Source: Chrysomallon squamiferum
Lineage: Eukaryota; Animalia; Mollusca
Assembly: GCA_012295275.1 (NCBI GenBank)
Contig: CM022668.1
Location: 992,001-1,056,000 of the forward strand
DNA length: 64,000 nt
Direction of reading: 5' to 3'
The translations under genes and the position numbers were made by a program. Below the pieces are notes generated by a model. It searched no databases. It worked only from the letters and a program-made list of their open reading frames with translations, and was not told the DNA's origin. Numbering within the stretch: position 1 is the first letter of the stretch; every line of letters starts with the position of its first letter. Positions 42,582 to 57,500 of this stretch are shown piece after piece.

Positions 42582-45500
42582 TGCATTAAAAATTTCTTAG
42601 TTTCAGACATATATTTATATATAGATACACACCAAAAAAATCAAAATGATTATCTCTTGTAAAACTAACTTATCTAAAATTGTAAAACTTTCTAAGTTTT
42701 GGAACTGAATTTATTAATCAGAATCTATGAATATTATCTAATAAATTTTCAGAAGCTTTTCAAATAAAATACAAATCAGATCATGGATAGACATTTTATT
42801 TGGAAAAAAGCTTATAGTCTGTATCATCAAATAACCAGGACATGAATTTAAAATGGCTACATTAGAGGATTGAATACTATCTACAGATATGTTCTCTGTA
42901 AAATAGAGTTTTGTTTTACACATGTCCCAGAAATGCTTCTACAGTTGTTTTGTAATTGCCCCATACTAGATTTGAAATGTTTATTTTTAAAACTGTACCC
43001 ATAATAAGTAGTTCAGTTTTACAAGTGAAGAGCCATAAAATGAGACCGGGTATTTATTATACTATTAGCAAAGAAATTTATATCTAGAAAGGAACATACT
43101 GGAATAGTGTCAGTTGTATCAGTGTTTAAAAAAGAAGTAAAATCAAATTATAATATTGATCTAACAAGAAATTAAAAAAATATTTTATTGAAACTTCAGA
43201 TATAAAAAAATAAAGAAAAAGAAAGGAAGAAAAGAATAAATAATTGAGCCCTTCATTTAGTGTAGAAATTATATACAGAAGAGTTTCATTGTAGGATAGT
43301 GACCTTAGCCTAAACTGTGACAGATGTTTCTGGGGTCAATAAATTAATAAAACACATACACCCTCCAGAAACAAAAGAGAAGAAAACTCTCCTAAACATA
43401 GTTTTTGGTGTATTCCTGATTTTAATATGTATTAATTCTTTCTCATCCACTGTCAACTGCAAGGCACATGATGCCACCATTCATATCTTGACTATAACTG
43501 AGATGGGAATCAGCATATTGTAAATATAGTTGTCAGGAATCAAAGAGAAGTACTAAAACAATTGGTGTTTGTATTTAAAGTATGATTGCAACAGTGAAAA
43601 GAAAATTTAAACAGTATTATGAAATACCAGCTAATATTTTTTATAAAATGATTATTTATATTTTATAAATACATTGCCAGTCTCAAATGATTGATATACA
43701 TAATTGAAATATAATAGCATTCTGTACAAATTTACTTCAGATACTAAATGAAAATTTAACGTTAGTTGTGTGAGGGGGTTGTGTGTTGGTTTTTTATTAC
43801 TTGCAAAATGTGTTCTTTCGGAACTTTTATCTGGATACCTAGACTTGCAGTCGTGACCCTTGAAAAATCCATTACAACAAAAAGTGGTTAGATCATGTTT
43901 TCTTATAATTTTTTTATAAAAAATGTTCTATCAAAATGACAAAAGGTCCTTTGAAAACTGTTTGTTTCTGTGAGCAATTTTTATTCATTTTATTCATTTA
44001 TTTATTATTATTATTATTTTGATTGTAAAGATGGCTTCAAGAGAATTAAAATAGTTCATTTAAGTGTTATTTTTATAATTAGAAGGTATAATTTAGTGAC
44101 ATTTTAGTTGCTGTGTAGTTTTTTAAAATACATTCAAAATAAAAGCAATTAACAACAAACAAACGAAACAAAGGAAGAACAAACAAGAAACAACAACAAC
44201 TGAATTCCCAATATTTTCAGGAGCTTTGTTGTTAGGAAGAATACCATGTGCATCTGAATCTGTCTGTTTTCCTCATGCATGGAGAAACACAGATCAGCTT
44301 AGAGAGGAAAATGGTGAAAAACTGGCTTACTCTAGACTAAGGTAAATATTTAAATCACTTTAATACATATTTTATTTTATTATGTAGATTAATTTTAGGG
44401 TCATTCCATGTCAAATCACCCAGTGGGTTAAACCTGACCATCTCAGATTTTTATGAAATTTGGTATACTTGTTGATTGGGATCCCACAGCACTAAATTTA
44501 GACCAATTGGACCAGTGGCCCCCCGCCAAACTTTGAGATTTTTGGCCAAAATGGGTGTGACCACCAGCCTTTGAACCCTCATATCTCAGGAACTACTGGG
44601 CCAGTCTTCATAAAATTTGTATTGTTGAAAAGACAATATGACAAGGATTTCAAATCTGCCATTATTGTTCAGTTTGAAGAATGTTGGTTTACACTGACCT
44701 TATGACCTTTTTATGACCTTGTGGATCATTTGACCTTGAGATGACCTTTCTTGAAATTTAATCTCATACATGTTAACTAAAACATAAAAGTTTCAGAGGT
44801 GTAATCTTTTTTTTATCCACAATATGGATTTAAAAAATGCACGGACAATTGATCCAATGCATTACAATGTACATTTTCTACATGTATACATTTCTCTGAG
44901 ACCAAAAACTCATTTTAAGAGTCGAAATCCATCTGACATGTCTGAAGGAACACTGAAGGATGTGATAAGATGCCAAATGGCATGAGATGTTCTACACAAT
45001 CAGGCCCAAAGGGTTAACAGGAAGTGTGGCTTCAGACATGTCAGGAACTCCTTGAAATCCTCTGGTAAAATCCCCATGAGTCTATGGTAATTAGAAGTTT
45101 CTACTGCTAATTCTTCTACTACTCTGTATATTCCCATCACCTTTTGTTCCTAACTATTTCTACTAATACTACATCTACTTCTACTGACACTTATCAGTGA
45201 TGCTATGTTTGGTACAGTAGTTACTTCTAGTATTGCTATTATAACTCCCACTAGGCTCTTGTTATTATCTGCACCTCCACTCCTACTACTACTACTTCTA
45301 CCACTATCACCACTGGTATTAATTCTACCACCACCAGTACTTCAACCATTACTACTGTTACTAGTGGTGCTGTTACTATTCTTATTATTAGAACAACTAC
45401 TACTGTCACCATCATTCCCACTACTGCTACTTTTATTATCACAAATACTGTTATTACTTCTACTACTACTAGCATCACCATTATGTCAACAACTACTACA

Positions 45501-48500
45501 ATAGCTATTTCTTATTTTGCTACTTCTACTGACACTACTACTTCTACTACTAGCACAATAATTAATCCTACCACTAAACTAGTAAGCTAATTATACTAAC
45601 ACTCCCTCTACATTACTATTATATCTCCTACTACCTATTACCATTACTACTACATCTAGGAGACTACTTTCATGATTTGTACTACTACTTGTAGCATTAA
45701 TATTGTTTTAATTATCATTATAAGAATAGTGGTACATTTACTAGTACTTTTACCGCTATATTTTAAAGTAAAAAAGTGATTATGCCTGAGATAAAACTAG
45801 TCTCAAGATCAATTCAATTACTGCACTGTCATGATACTAATGGCTGTGCAGGACTGTATAAAAATAAGAACAAATTTGTTAACCTGTGCCACCATGAAGA
45901 GCACTTTGGGTTGGAAGGTGAATGGAACTTTTTTGTGACAAGCCATGGCAAAAGTGCCTGTGATGGAATTGGGGAATGGTGAAGAGGTTGCTGACAAAGG
46001 CCAGTTTGCAGTGACCCTACACAGACCCAATCCTGACCAGTGAGGCTATCATGGACATCAAGAGTATTCCAGGTATTCATTTTTTCAACATCACATCAAA
46101 ACACATAGCAAAGCATGAGTTGGAACTACAAGGGAGATTTGAAGTGGCAAAAATGGTTAGGTCCAGTGTCTAAGTCAAAGATTCTTGTCTACAAGCTGAG
46201 CCTGCAGAGTGACCCACCAGAACTAGTATCTCTCCAGGATTCTGAGGATGACATGACAGTTACCAGAGGAGCCAAGAGGAGCCAAGAGGAGCCAAGAGGC
46301 AAAACTATGTTTGTTGTCTGTATGACTATGAGTAATGGTTTGGGCTAGTTGAGGACATTTCAGAAGAGCATGGAGACTTCTTCATTTGTTTCATGCACCC
46401 ACCCGAACCTTCTAAGTTATTTCACAGGCCAAATGAAGAAGACACTTATTGGACTAGTGAAGGGGACATCTTCTGTGTTATTGATACACCTTCTATTGCA
46501 TCTTCTTAATGGATGTACTGTCTGAGTATGATGCTAGAATTGCAAGACTATGGGGGAAGTTTGTGACTGAATGATTCTGTGACTTCTAAAGGCAATGAGG
46601 GAAGTAGTTTGATATCATATGATCATAACATGTAGGCCTACAATGTATTACTCAGTGATCAAGAGAGATAGTGATTCCTAGCATTAGGAATTGGTCATTC
46701 ATGTTTTAGCTAATCAGATATTAATGGCAGAAAAGGTTATTTTCATAGACATGCAATTTCTGAATGTGTATTGCTACTAAACAAATAATATTACACCTCT
46801 GAAACTTTTATATGTTTTAGTTAACATGTGTGAGATTAAATTTCAAATTGGTCATTCAAGGTCACGTGATCCACAAGGTCGATTTCAAGGTCATAATGAA
46901 GGTCAAAAGTCAGGGTAATCCAACATTTGACAAACTGAAAATCTCAAAATATCTCCCACATCACTTGGTCTGATTGGCCTGAAATTTGGCCTAAAATCTG
47001 TGAGGGACAGAATTAAAAAAAAATTTGGGGGTGTGATTTGACACAGAATGACCCTATAGATAAACATAATATGAGGTAAATTACTTTTTGATATAATTTT
47101 GTTATGGATATGAATCAAATGTAAAATACTGAAATTTTTTTATTATATATTATTATTTCATAATGATTTTAATAAATTATAAACAAACTGGTTAATTTTA
47201 TTTGCTGTTCATTCATTCCTTGTACTAAATTAATAATGATATTGTTCAACACAAAACGTGTGTATGAAAGTGTGTGTGCACAAACACAGACGCAAATGAA
47301 TATATCCACTGAGCTTTTATATATTTTATCTATGGCAGTGATATGTACTTACAAATCTATGGAGAAAGTTAGTATAAAATATTTTCAGGATGCAAAGCAT
47401 GCATTATGTTTGTTTTCTCATATCTTCATTTAAAAAGTTTAGACTTCACATTTAGTAATGTGAATATTAAAATGTGCAGTAAAACAAATATATGTAAAAT
47501 GCACACACAAAGAGACACAGACAGACAGACAGACACACACACATATTGAAATAGATAACATGCTGTGTTTCAGACAAGCTCACTCAGAACTGTGGGATGC
47601 ACTGACAAAACAACTACTAAGTCATAATGGTTTGTCACTGAGTTGGGAATACGTCATTTCAACTATTATAGCTCAGATTAGTCGCTTTGTTAGACCTGAT
47701 GTACAGCTGGAGGGTGATGAAGCTGACATCAGGAAGTATATTCACATTAAAAAGGTCAGTATTTTAAGATATCAGTTAAAACAATAGTTTAATGCGAAAA
47801 TATTTGATTACTATAATTTAAATTAGTTATTACATTTTCTTGCTGCTTTTTTTATTATAATTTTTTTTAATCCATGTTTTTTCTATATTTTGCAGATGAG
47901 AAATAAGTAATTGGTAGATTACTTTTGGAATGAATTAACTGGAAATGATTTTGTTGTATTTTTTCTGTATGCATATAAACATAATTTTTCTCTGTTTCTG
48001 GTAATGTTATTAAAGGAAGATATTTTAGAACAGATATTTCTATCAAATTTAAATTAAGAGTACACCTGTTAATAATAACTGCATGAATTCATTTCTGTGC
48101 CATTTTCATTAGGAACTTGTCTATAATCATTCAAGATTCATAAATATAATAACTGTTTTCTAGAATACATTTTAAGACAATGTATAATTATTTATTGTAG
48201 ATACCTGGTGGTCAGAAAACAGATACCAGTTTATTACATGGTGTCATGTTTACAAAAAATATAGCTCACAAAAAGATGCAGCAGCAGATCTCCAACCCGC
48301 AGATAATGTTACTGAGAGGAGCCATAGAGTATCAACGAGTGGAAAACAAATTCTCTTCACTGGAGCCACAGATATTACAAGTGAGTCTGTTTATCAAATG
48401 ATTCTCTATTTATTACATTCATATGAAATATACTACTTATCTAGTTGAAAAAATAGGGTTCTTTTAACATTGAAATTATACTCTTAATATAAAGTGAAAA

Positions 48501-51500
48501 TCCTCTAAATTGAGGTTTTAAGATATAGCTTTTACAAGATAAACATATAGTAAAAAAAATTTAAGTCTAAATATGTTATATTATTTTAAAAATAACAAGA
48601 ATCAAATTGACATTACTTTGAAATTTACCACAGTAAACTCAGAATTACTTATTTGGCTAAATAAACTGTGGAATAGAAACATCTAAAATGCAAAAGGTTA
48701 AATTTATAGCTACTTTACCAGTCACCTATGTATATTCATTAATTTTTTTTACTAACAGTAAAAATTCATTGTGAAGAGATACAGTAAGCTCACACCTAAT
48801 AAGCACAGTACATGTGTATTTATGTGACAAACAAAAGCGTTAGTTTAATGATTTTCAAACAGCTATCAGACTAATTAGACCCTTATTCCACAGATATTTA
48901 AACACAACTCAGAAAAACAGAGCATCATATATTACCCTTCACAGGTTTTGTAAGGTCAGATTTTGACAACTAACTAGTATGTTCTACAGGCAACATACCT
49001 TGCATCTTTTTGACTGTTTGATTTTCAGACGTACAATTTTTATTAAATAAATGCATGGGACCGAATAGTGTTTTGGTATTCAGAATAGAGGGGTTTTCAC
49101 TTTTCAAAGATTCTTTGGTTAAAGCTATGTTAATAAATAAGTTTGGTAGTGAGGGAATTCCAATTTATTAAGGTGTTCATTTAGAGTGTTTTCACTGTAA
49201 TTGGTGTTTTAAAAAATATTGATATTACAAAATGGATGCAGTCTGTGACAGAAAGTTTGTCAATGAAAACTAAAATCAGTAGTACCATACTCATCAGTGG
49301 ACTTCTCCAAACAGAAAACTCCTCAACAACAGATGCTTTCCAAGGTCCTGTGATTTGTTTTTTTAACCAATAATTGTATATATTATTATTATTATTTTTT
49401 TTATAAATATAGATAAACTGCAGTTAAAATTAGTTTGAAACAAATTTGATTTTAACTTTAATAATTATCTTTTATTTTTAATTTATAGGAACGTGATTTT
49501 TTGAAAAACAGTGTGTCAAAGATCACAGCATTCCGTCCCAGTGTGGTGATTGTGGAGAAATCTGTGTCACGACTTGCTCAAGAATTTCTGCTTGGACATG
49601 GTGTGACTTTGGTATTTAATGTGAAACTTGTGAGTTATTTGTATAGCACTGGTGTTTCATCAGAAACCTGTTTATTAGTTTGATGCTATAGTTCAATATG
49701 AAATCAGTAAGTTAGTACAACACTTGTATATAAAAACCTGTAGGTTATATATGGACATTGGAGTTTTATCTGAATTAAAGTTATATGTAAGTTAGGATAC
49801 CTCGTATTCATTTAATTCAAATGGATAATGTTAAACAAAATTTAAGATATTATATATAACATTTCAAAAGAATAATATTGGAATAGTGTTTAATACATAA
49901 TTATTTTTGTATTTAAATGCTTCTCTCTTGTGTTAAGGACAAACACTGGTGAAAAAATGCACAATGTTTAAGTGCTGGTCTTAATTTTTCTTTATGAAAA
50001 TAAAATATTTCTTCTGAGTATGGTATTTAACACTGGTGAGTTTAAAAAAAAAATGATGTTATGTGTTAAAGTTCTCATTAGTTAGATATTTATATTTACA
50101 GTGTGTAATGGAAAGACTAGCCCGTTTCACTCAGGCTGATATTGTACCATCCATTGACAGTCTTGTCAGTCGACCAACTCTTGGATTCTGTCACACTTTT
50201 AAGTGTCAGTCATATCTACTACCCAGTGGTTGGTTTTTACTTAAGTACATTTCACTTACAAATAAATTACTTTGACATACATATATATATAAATGTTGTC
50301 ATTACAGAAATGTGAAATTGGTGAAGTGAAGAACAAGTACTTGCTTTCAGTATAGCTGAGTTCTTTTTCAGCACATGGCAAAAAGTTATTTACAGACATA
50401 AGTTATAAAGCTTGCAAATTTGATTAAATTCTGTGAGTCATTTTTGTACATACAGCAAAACCAGTGTGTGTCACTTATTACTGATAGCTAACTAAATCAT
50501 TGTTACAGCCAGTGTATGATTGATTTCCACACCACACAACCAAATAAAAATAACATTGCATAGACAGATGGTGACCTGTGAGATCTTTTGACAGTGTTGT
50601 ACTTTAACAAATAATATTCTGCATACTGAAAAGAGCATGGACGAAACTATAAAGTAATTCCATATTTTGATGATGATTTGATCACTAACAGAATAATTGC
50701 AATTTTATGATCCTGTAATTTTGGCCCTTTCTTTCAAGCTTTATTGAAACACTACTGTGATCAAAGTTCAATAAATTATTATATCTCCCTTAAAATTCTA
50801 TCTTCGCTAAAATTATAGGTAACTAATTTTGTATAGATGTAATTATAAAATTGAAACTCTAGATGAAATATTTTATGAATACATTGTGGATTGCTGAAAG
50901 TTTTGGTTTTCACATACACATAGGCAAAGCTTTTGAGAAAAATTTTGATTGTTTTGTTGAGATTGCACAAATCTTTTTTTTCTTAAAAATAAACCTGAAC
51001 TTACAATTATATATTTTCATTTACAGTATTTGGCAGACTGTAAGACTAAGTGTATGATAGCAAGCACATATGTTACATATTAATATGGATAGAATATAAC
51101 TGAACTACAATATAATTCATTAATGTCTATTTTAACAATATCATATATAACTGTCTTATCTGCAAATTCTGTTAGTATTATTTTAATAAAATTAAAATTC
51201 ATTGAAGTGGAAAAATAATTAATCAAGGAGTTTTAATAAATGTTAAGAAGAATAAAACTTTGTGGAAGAAATGAAAATTTTCTTTTGTGGTTTTAGGTGA
51301 AATGAAAACATTTGTGGTGTTTGATGGTTGTGCTACAAATCTGGGATGTACAGTTAGTCTGAGAGGTGGAACGTCTGGGGAATTACGCAAAGTATGAGCT
51401 TTATAGTTTTCACAGAGTTTACTCTTTTTTCTCCGAAATTAAAATAAATAAATTATATAACTATTTGACAGTAATTTGTACCTAGGTTATTAGTATTTAA

Positions 51501-54500
51501 TGGTATTCTAGAATTTGAAAATTTCACTTTATTTAGAACTTCAATTCTGAAATTTAATGTTTTCAGTTTATACCAGAAATTGAATTTTAAATTTATCACT
51601 TAATATGTTATATTTATTATGTTTCAGGTGAAAGATATTTTAACATTCATGAGTTACACAGCATACAATTCACTGCTAGAAATTTCTTTCTGTATGGATG
51701 AATTTGCTATGCCAAAAGGGACATCAGACGATCCCTGTCCAATTGAAGGTTTGAACACCAGTGATGAATCACAGCAAGCAGTTAGTTCCCCTGACAAAAT
51801 TGAAGACAAATCCAATACATCAGAACAGAAAAACAGTGCAGGTGATATGGAGGATGATAGCAAAAGTAACTATGATCATGTCAGTTCTGAAATGGATTTA
51901 AAAGTTAAATGTAACATCAAGATAGAGCTTGAAGAAGACAAGGGAGACATGTCACAAAATTATGATTCCGAGTCCATTGAGAATAATGAAGAAAATGTTG
52001 TAAGTCCGAGAAATGATGTCAGTGTAGGTTCAGAGATTAATGGTAAACTGAAGGTTGTGTGTGACAGTCCAAAACAATCACCTGTTTTAAGGAGTAAAAC
52101 AACTCTTCAGCCTGATTCAGAGAGTCAGGTGAAGAGAAAGTCATGTGATATAACAGAATTAACTGATGCTAGTGACCCACTGCTCAACTATCAGAAAACA
52201 AAAGATGAATCAATTTTTGAGAGTGCTGTGGTAGAATTTCAGGAACATAAACAATCAAAACAACACACGTTTAAACGTCTGCTGTCAGGAATTGTTCTGT
52301 CTGTCTGTCCTTACCATCGATACAGTCTTCCCTATCTTGAAACAAAACGAGGATCTGCTTGCAAGCTAAGACAGTATTTACCAGAAGATCTCTATTACTC
52401 ACAACTGTTTGAAGGTGAAGGTCAGACTGCAAGGACAAAGTATCATGATTTTGACTACACAAAGTATTCTTCAAAGACTAACATTCAGATTACAGAAGCT
52501 CATCCATTCATACTGTGCAAACTTACTCACAGTTACTTTGACAACAGCATACAGGTTAGTCTTTAGCCCAGTGGTGGGAATATAACATATTGTCCTCTAA
52601 CAGTTTCTAAGAGATTTTAAAATGTTATTCACATGTTAATAGATGTTTTTATTTATTTTTGAATTCATTTAAACAAAAATATATTTTAGGGTTTGCTTGC
52701 TGATTTCCGAGCCCGAGGTGGCCGAATTAAAGTATTGTCAAGTAACAACAGCAGAGATGACGCTGTCCAAACAGAATCATCACCAAGACGGCAACCTAAC
52801 ATTAGAGAAGAAGTAAATGAAAAAGACAAAAAGGTAAATAATTTAATTTTCAAATAATTAGATAATAAATACAGAAAGACGCATGATAAATTTAGGGTAG
52901 TTTTGTTTTTAGTGTATAATGTTTAGTTTTTTAAATTGTATTTCTTATTAAAATGATTACAGTATTTCATAATGAAACAAACATTCTACCATTTAGAATA
53001 TTTTAAAATTGATATTTAATTTGCTAATGTTACCAGTGTTTTATAAATAATAATTCAAAAGTAATTTTACAGGAAAGAAACAAAATTGATCAATAATCAG
53101 ATCTAAATTTTGAAATTGGACATGCATGTCAGTGGTCAATTAGATAAACTTTCCTAGCTGTTAATAAATTTAACTTTATCATCCAATGACAACTCTACAT
53201 GACACACTGATACTCAGTGTGGAAATGAAATAGTATTCACATAACTTTGAAATTACCACAATAAACTCAAAATTTTAAAGATTAAAACTATTCTGCATCT
53301 AAAATATCTTAGAGATAATTAATCAGTGTTACTAAATTAATTTACTAAATTGTATTTTTAGTTAGGAAAGTTTGCTGTTTTGATTTCTTGCTGAATATTC
53401 TTTCTAAAAGGTAGATTCTCTGTAAACATTATTTTCTGCTAGTGGACACAGAATTAGGTTTGATCCAGTTCAGCAGTTACTCTCCATGATGAGAAGTGAC
53501 GCCAGTTACATCAGACAATTTCATTTCTTGTTTTGATTTAAATGTTTTGTTTTTCAGATCGACTGTTTGAATCCACTAAACCATCAGAAAATCTCTGTGT
53601 TGTTCAGCAGCTACTCTCACAAGTCTGCCAACCATCCTAACCCATGTGTTAGTCCATGGTTAGTGTTTGTCTAAAACACTTTTTATTTTATACTTTATAA
53701 TTATAAATCTTTCAAATATAAAAAGAAATTATTCAATATAATTTTCTTTTATGAAAAGTTGTGTTTTGTTTCACATTTAAAGTTTTATTACCTTTTGCAA
53801 GACTTAAAGGTACTGACAATACAGCAAAAGACAGCTATGAAAAAGAAAATAACACAGTTTATAAACATTATATAGAATAAGTAAAAATAATTTTTTTTTT
53901 TTTTTTCTAGGTTGGTAAAAATGGAGTTTTATGGTAAGAATGACATCACCCTGGGTGGATTCCTTGAAAGATTTTGTTTCAGGTTTGTGTGGAATTTGTT
54001 TAAATTTAATCATTTTCAGCTGAGTCTTTATTTTTTCAAAGTGGTTCTTTACTCTCAGGCTTTTTGGTGTTTGTTTTGTGTATGTGTGTTTGTAAAATAA
54101 AGAAAAAAGAGAGCCTAGAAAATTTATATTTATTTGGAAGATTTAGCTAATGAGATCTTTTTTTAAGACACTTTGTTCATCCATAGTTGAAATTCTCATC
54201 CTTTCATATGAGTGTTTTCTTTTCACATGTCACCATAACAGTCTTAACTGTTTCTGGGGTCTGAGCTACAGATGGTGATTGTGCAATATGAATTGTAGAA
54301 ATAAAATAATAGATTTGATGTAATGTGAGCCAATGGATTGTTTAGATTTGAGACAATTTGTAAAGGTATTTTGCACACATTTATGAAAAGGTGGGCAGTA
54401 GTGTTCATTTTAGTGATAGCTGCATCACTGAAAGTGTTTATCCCTTATTTAATAACCAAAACATCAAAAGCAAAGCAATCAATGACAGAAACAACACATA

Positions 54501-57500
54501 AAAAAACATTGTTAAAAAAAAAGTGAATGGTCAAAAGGTTACATGGTGTTTGGATGATTGGATGATTTTCAGTGAAGGACAAAATCATATTTTGTATCCC
54601 ATTTATGAAATCAATGTCTGGATATGAAAAAAAAAGCTTCATTTATTTTGAAAAAATATTATTGGGCTTCCACATTTTTTAACCTGGCAGTCCTGTGGAC
54701 TGTTTGTAAAAATAGTTAAAGTGAGGATATCACAGTTTTACTATTTTAAAATAAAAAAAATTTCAAAATTTTGTTTTCTGTGGCATCTAACTAAACATTA
54801 GAACATTTTTGAAACAAGATATTTCACACTGTTTTAGTCCACATATCATTTGTTTTGTTTTAGGGAGACATATCTTTGTCCATCACAGTCATGTGGCACA
54901 CCTATGACAGAGCACATACGAAGATTTGCTCATGGAACTGGATGTATTAATGTGTTTCTGAAAAAGTTAGACAATAAAATAGCTGGAGGACAAAACAATA
55001 TACTCATGTGGAGTTGGTGCTGTTTATGTAAACAGGTATGTTTTCATTTAGGTTTTTTTAAAAGTTAAACTATGTATACAGTTCAATGTTATAGCCAATG
55101 CTAATAAGTAAATATTAATGAAGTAATAATGACTTATCCGCACTATAAATATATTATTTTGGGGGATTCTGGTTATATGATGATTTTTACTTGTATTTAG
55201 ATATGTGAATACAGATTATGGAATTACCAATTTTGTATTAAAAAGTTTTGATCTTTATAATTTTTATAAAGGAATACTGATATCAGTTTTATATGTAACA
55301 GAAGAATAGCTGTTGTTGAGTTTATCATGTAAACTTGCAGGTGACACCAGTAGTTCCTATCAGTGCTGACACTTGGAACTTATCATTTGCCAAATTCCTA
55401 GAGTTACGTTTTCATGTCAAACAGTTCACACGTCGTGCTGCTGCGGAGCCATGTAACCATTTGCTGCACCGTGACCACAACCTGTACTTTGGGTACAGAG
55501 ACACTGTAGCATCATTTAAGTGAGCACATTTTAACATGCTGTTTTTAATTATAATGTTATATTTAAAGTATTTACTTAAAAATTAGCTTTCAGTCATTTT
55601 CTTAATCACGGAGGTTGTTTGATTCAAATATTGTCATCTTCAGAAAATGGAAGTAAAATTAACCTTGAAAATATAATTATATGCTTCTAAATAAAAATAT
55701 TTCAGGTATTCAGAAATCCAGTTACAGGAGCTGGCATTGCCATCGATTGTTGTTGATTATCAGTGTCCTCCAGTACAGCCTAGCAGAATAAAAGATATTG
55801 TGAAGCACATTTCAAACAAGTAATAATTTATTTCTTCTTGTTTGTTTATAAAGATTTGTATTTTTATAACTAATGCACAAAGCCAGATCTTTTTAAAATA
55901 ATTTATATAAAGTATAGAATAACTGTGAGTGCTGTTATATGTGATGAACTTTCAAAAACTGATCCTATCCTTTTCTATCACTATAGGGTTCTAATCATTT
56001 TTCATTTCCTTTCATTCATATAAAATCTGAGTCTCAGCACTTAATATAAGCTATATTTTATTTTGGTTTGGTTAGGATAATTTAATGTCTTTCAGAAGGT
56101 GGTTTTAAACAAATTTTGTTAATACAATGTTTTATATTCATGTTACTTTAATTCATACAAGCATCTTGACCAGGGTTATCAAACCTTCATCCCACCAACC
56201 CCTTTGATGATGTCATAAAAATCCTGATACTCCCAGTGAAAATTTTAATATTAAATATTTGTTTAATGAAGTTTTTTAGAATATTATTAATTATAGTATT
56301 GTATAAATTGTATTGTTTTAAATGTTTACAATTGGTATACTAAAATAACATTTATTTTTAATGTGAACGATAGAATTGGTGTGTTTTTTGATACATCATT
56401 TTCATTAGGTTGATTATTTGTAAGTTTTAGCTTTAATTTTCTTCTACCAAGTTCAGCATGTTTCAATGCTTAATGAGAAATATATTAGCTGAAACCAGCT
56501 TCAACCATGCACATTAAAATTTATTTTAAAAAGGTAAAAAAAAAAGAAGAAAACTTAAAGACCAACTACCTAATGATCTTTTGGTTGTCATCAAACCCCT
56601 GGGAGTAGCCACTGACCTTAGGGAACTATACCAACCACTTTAGGCCACCTCTGATCTAGACAATTTAAATAAATGTGAAATTTCTTAAAAATACATTTTG
56701 CAGTTTTATAAGTGAAAACATAATGTAATTATTTTTAAATTGTTAGAGGTATGGAGAAATTTAGTGCAATCCTTGAGAGCACAATGAAACTACGAAATGA
56801 AATTCTGACAGAGAACAGTGCTAGAGCAGTTTCAGACTTTGTTACAGAACAGCAGGTGAATACTTATACTTTATATGTTTGGTTTTAATGAGGGGGTTTG
56901 TCAACACCTTGTTCTACATTTTACTAAAAATTGTAATATTTTTATTTCATTTGAAAATTGAGTGTTATAAATTGACATTCTTTAATTTCATTTTATTTTA
57001 CAGTTCCTTCAGAAATTTGAGTCCATCCACTATAATTATTTTCTCTTGATGAACATGTTTCACCAAAAGTAATAATAAAGTATATAGAAATCATTTGTAT
57101 ATTTCAGTATGAGAAAGCCAGATTGAGTGAACTGGCTCAGTCAATTCAACAGACAGTCACAGAAATGAGTGAAGATGAGTCAGTCTCTGGTAAGTTCTGT
57201 TTTCTCATCATGAAATAAATATCTCGTACATTGTATTTTTAACATTGCCAGGTGTCACCATTTTTGTCTTCTCTTTTTTCTGCTAGCAGAAGTATTTATT
57301 AAACATTCATTTCCATATAAACACCAGAAAAACAAAACCAAAGGAACTTGCTGGACTGGAAAATTGCTTTCTCTCTCTTTCTCTCCGTCTCTCACTATAT
57401 CCCTTTGCCTGCTGTCTGTCTATCTATCTATCTATTTTTTTTAAATATTTATTTATTTATTTATTTGATTGTTTCCCTATCATTTTGAAATATTCAGATT

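Larger units (their letters stand above)
44398..47054 (+). mobile_element. Decayed TIR DNA transposon (probably Sola2-like) in a PIKfyve intron
   Basis: Ends GGGTCATTCCATGTCAAATCAC and GTGATTTGACACAGAATGACCC are inverted repeats; flanks are TTTA and TATA. A second inverted pair of about 110 bp lies at 44695-44805 and 46790-46905. A transposase remnant is present inside. Confidence 0.85.

Noticed and set aside
45205-45504. 99-aa poly-Leu ORF and the antisense poly-Val ORF, resembling membrane peptides
   Set aside because: They are translations of the (CTA)n-like low-complexity tract inside the transposon.
53486-53550. C-box-like ATGATGA in a PIKfyve intron (possible C/D snoRNA)
   Set aside because: No D box (CTGA) or terminal stem before the acceptor.
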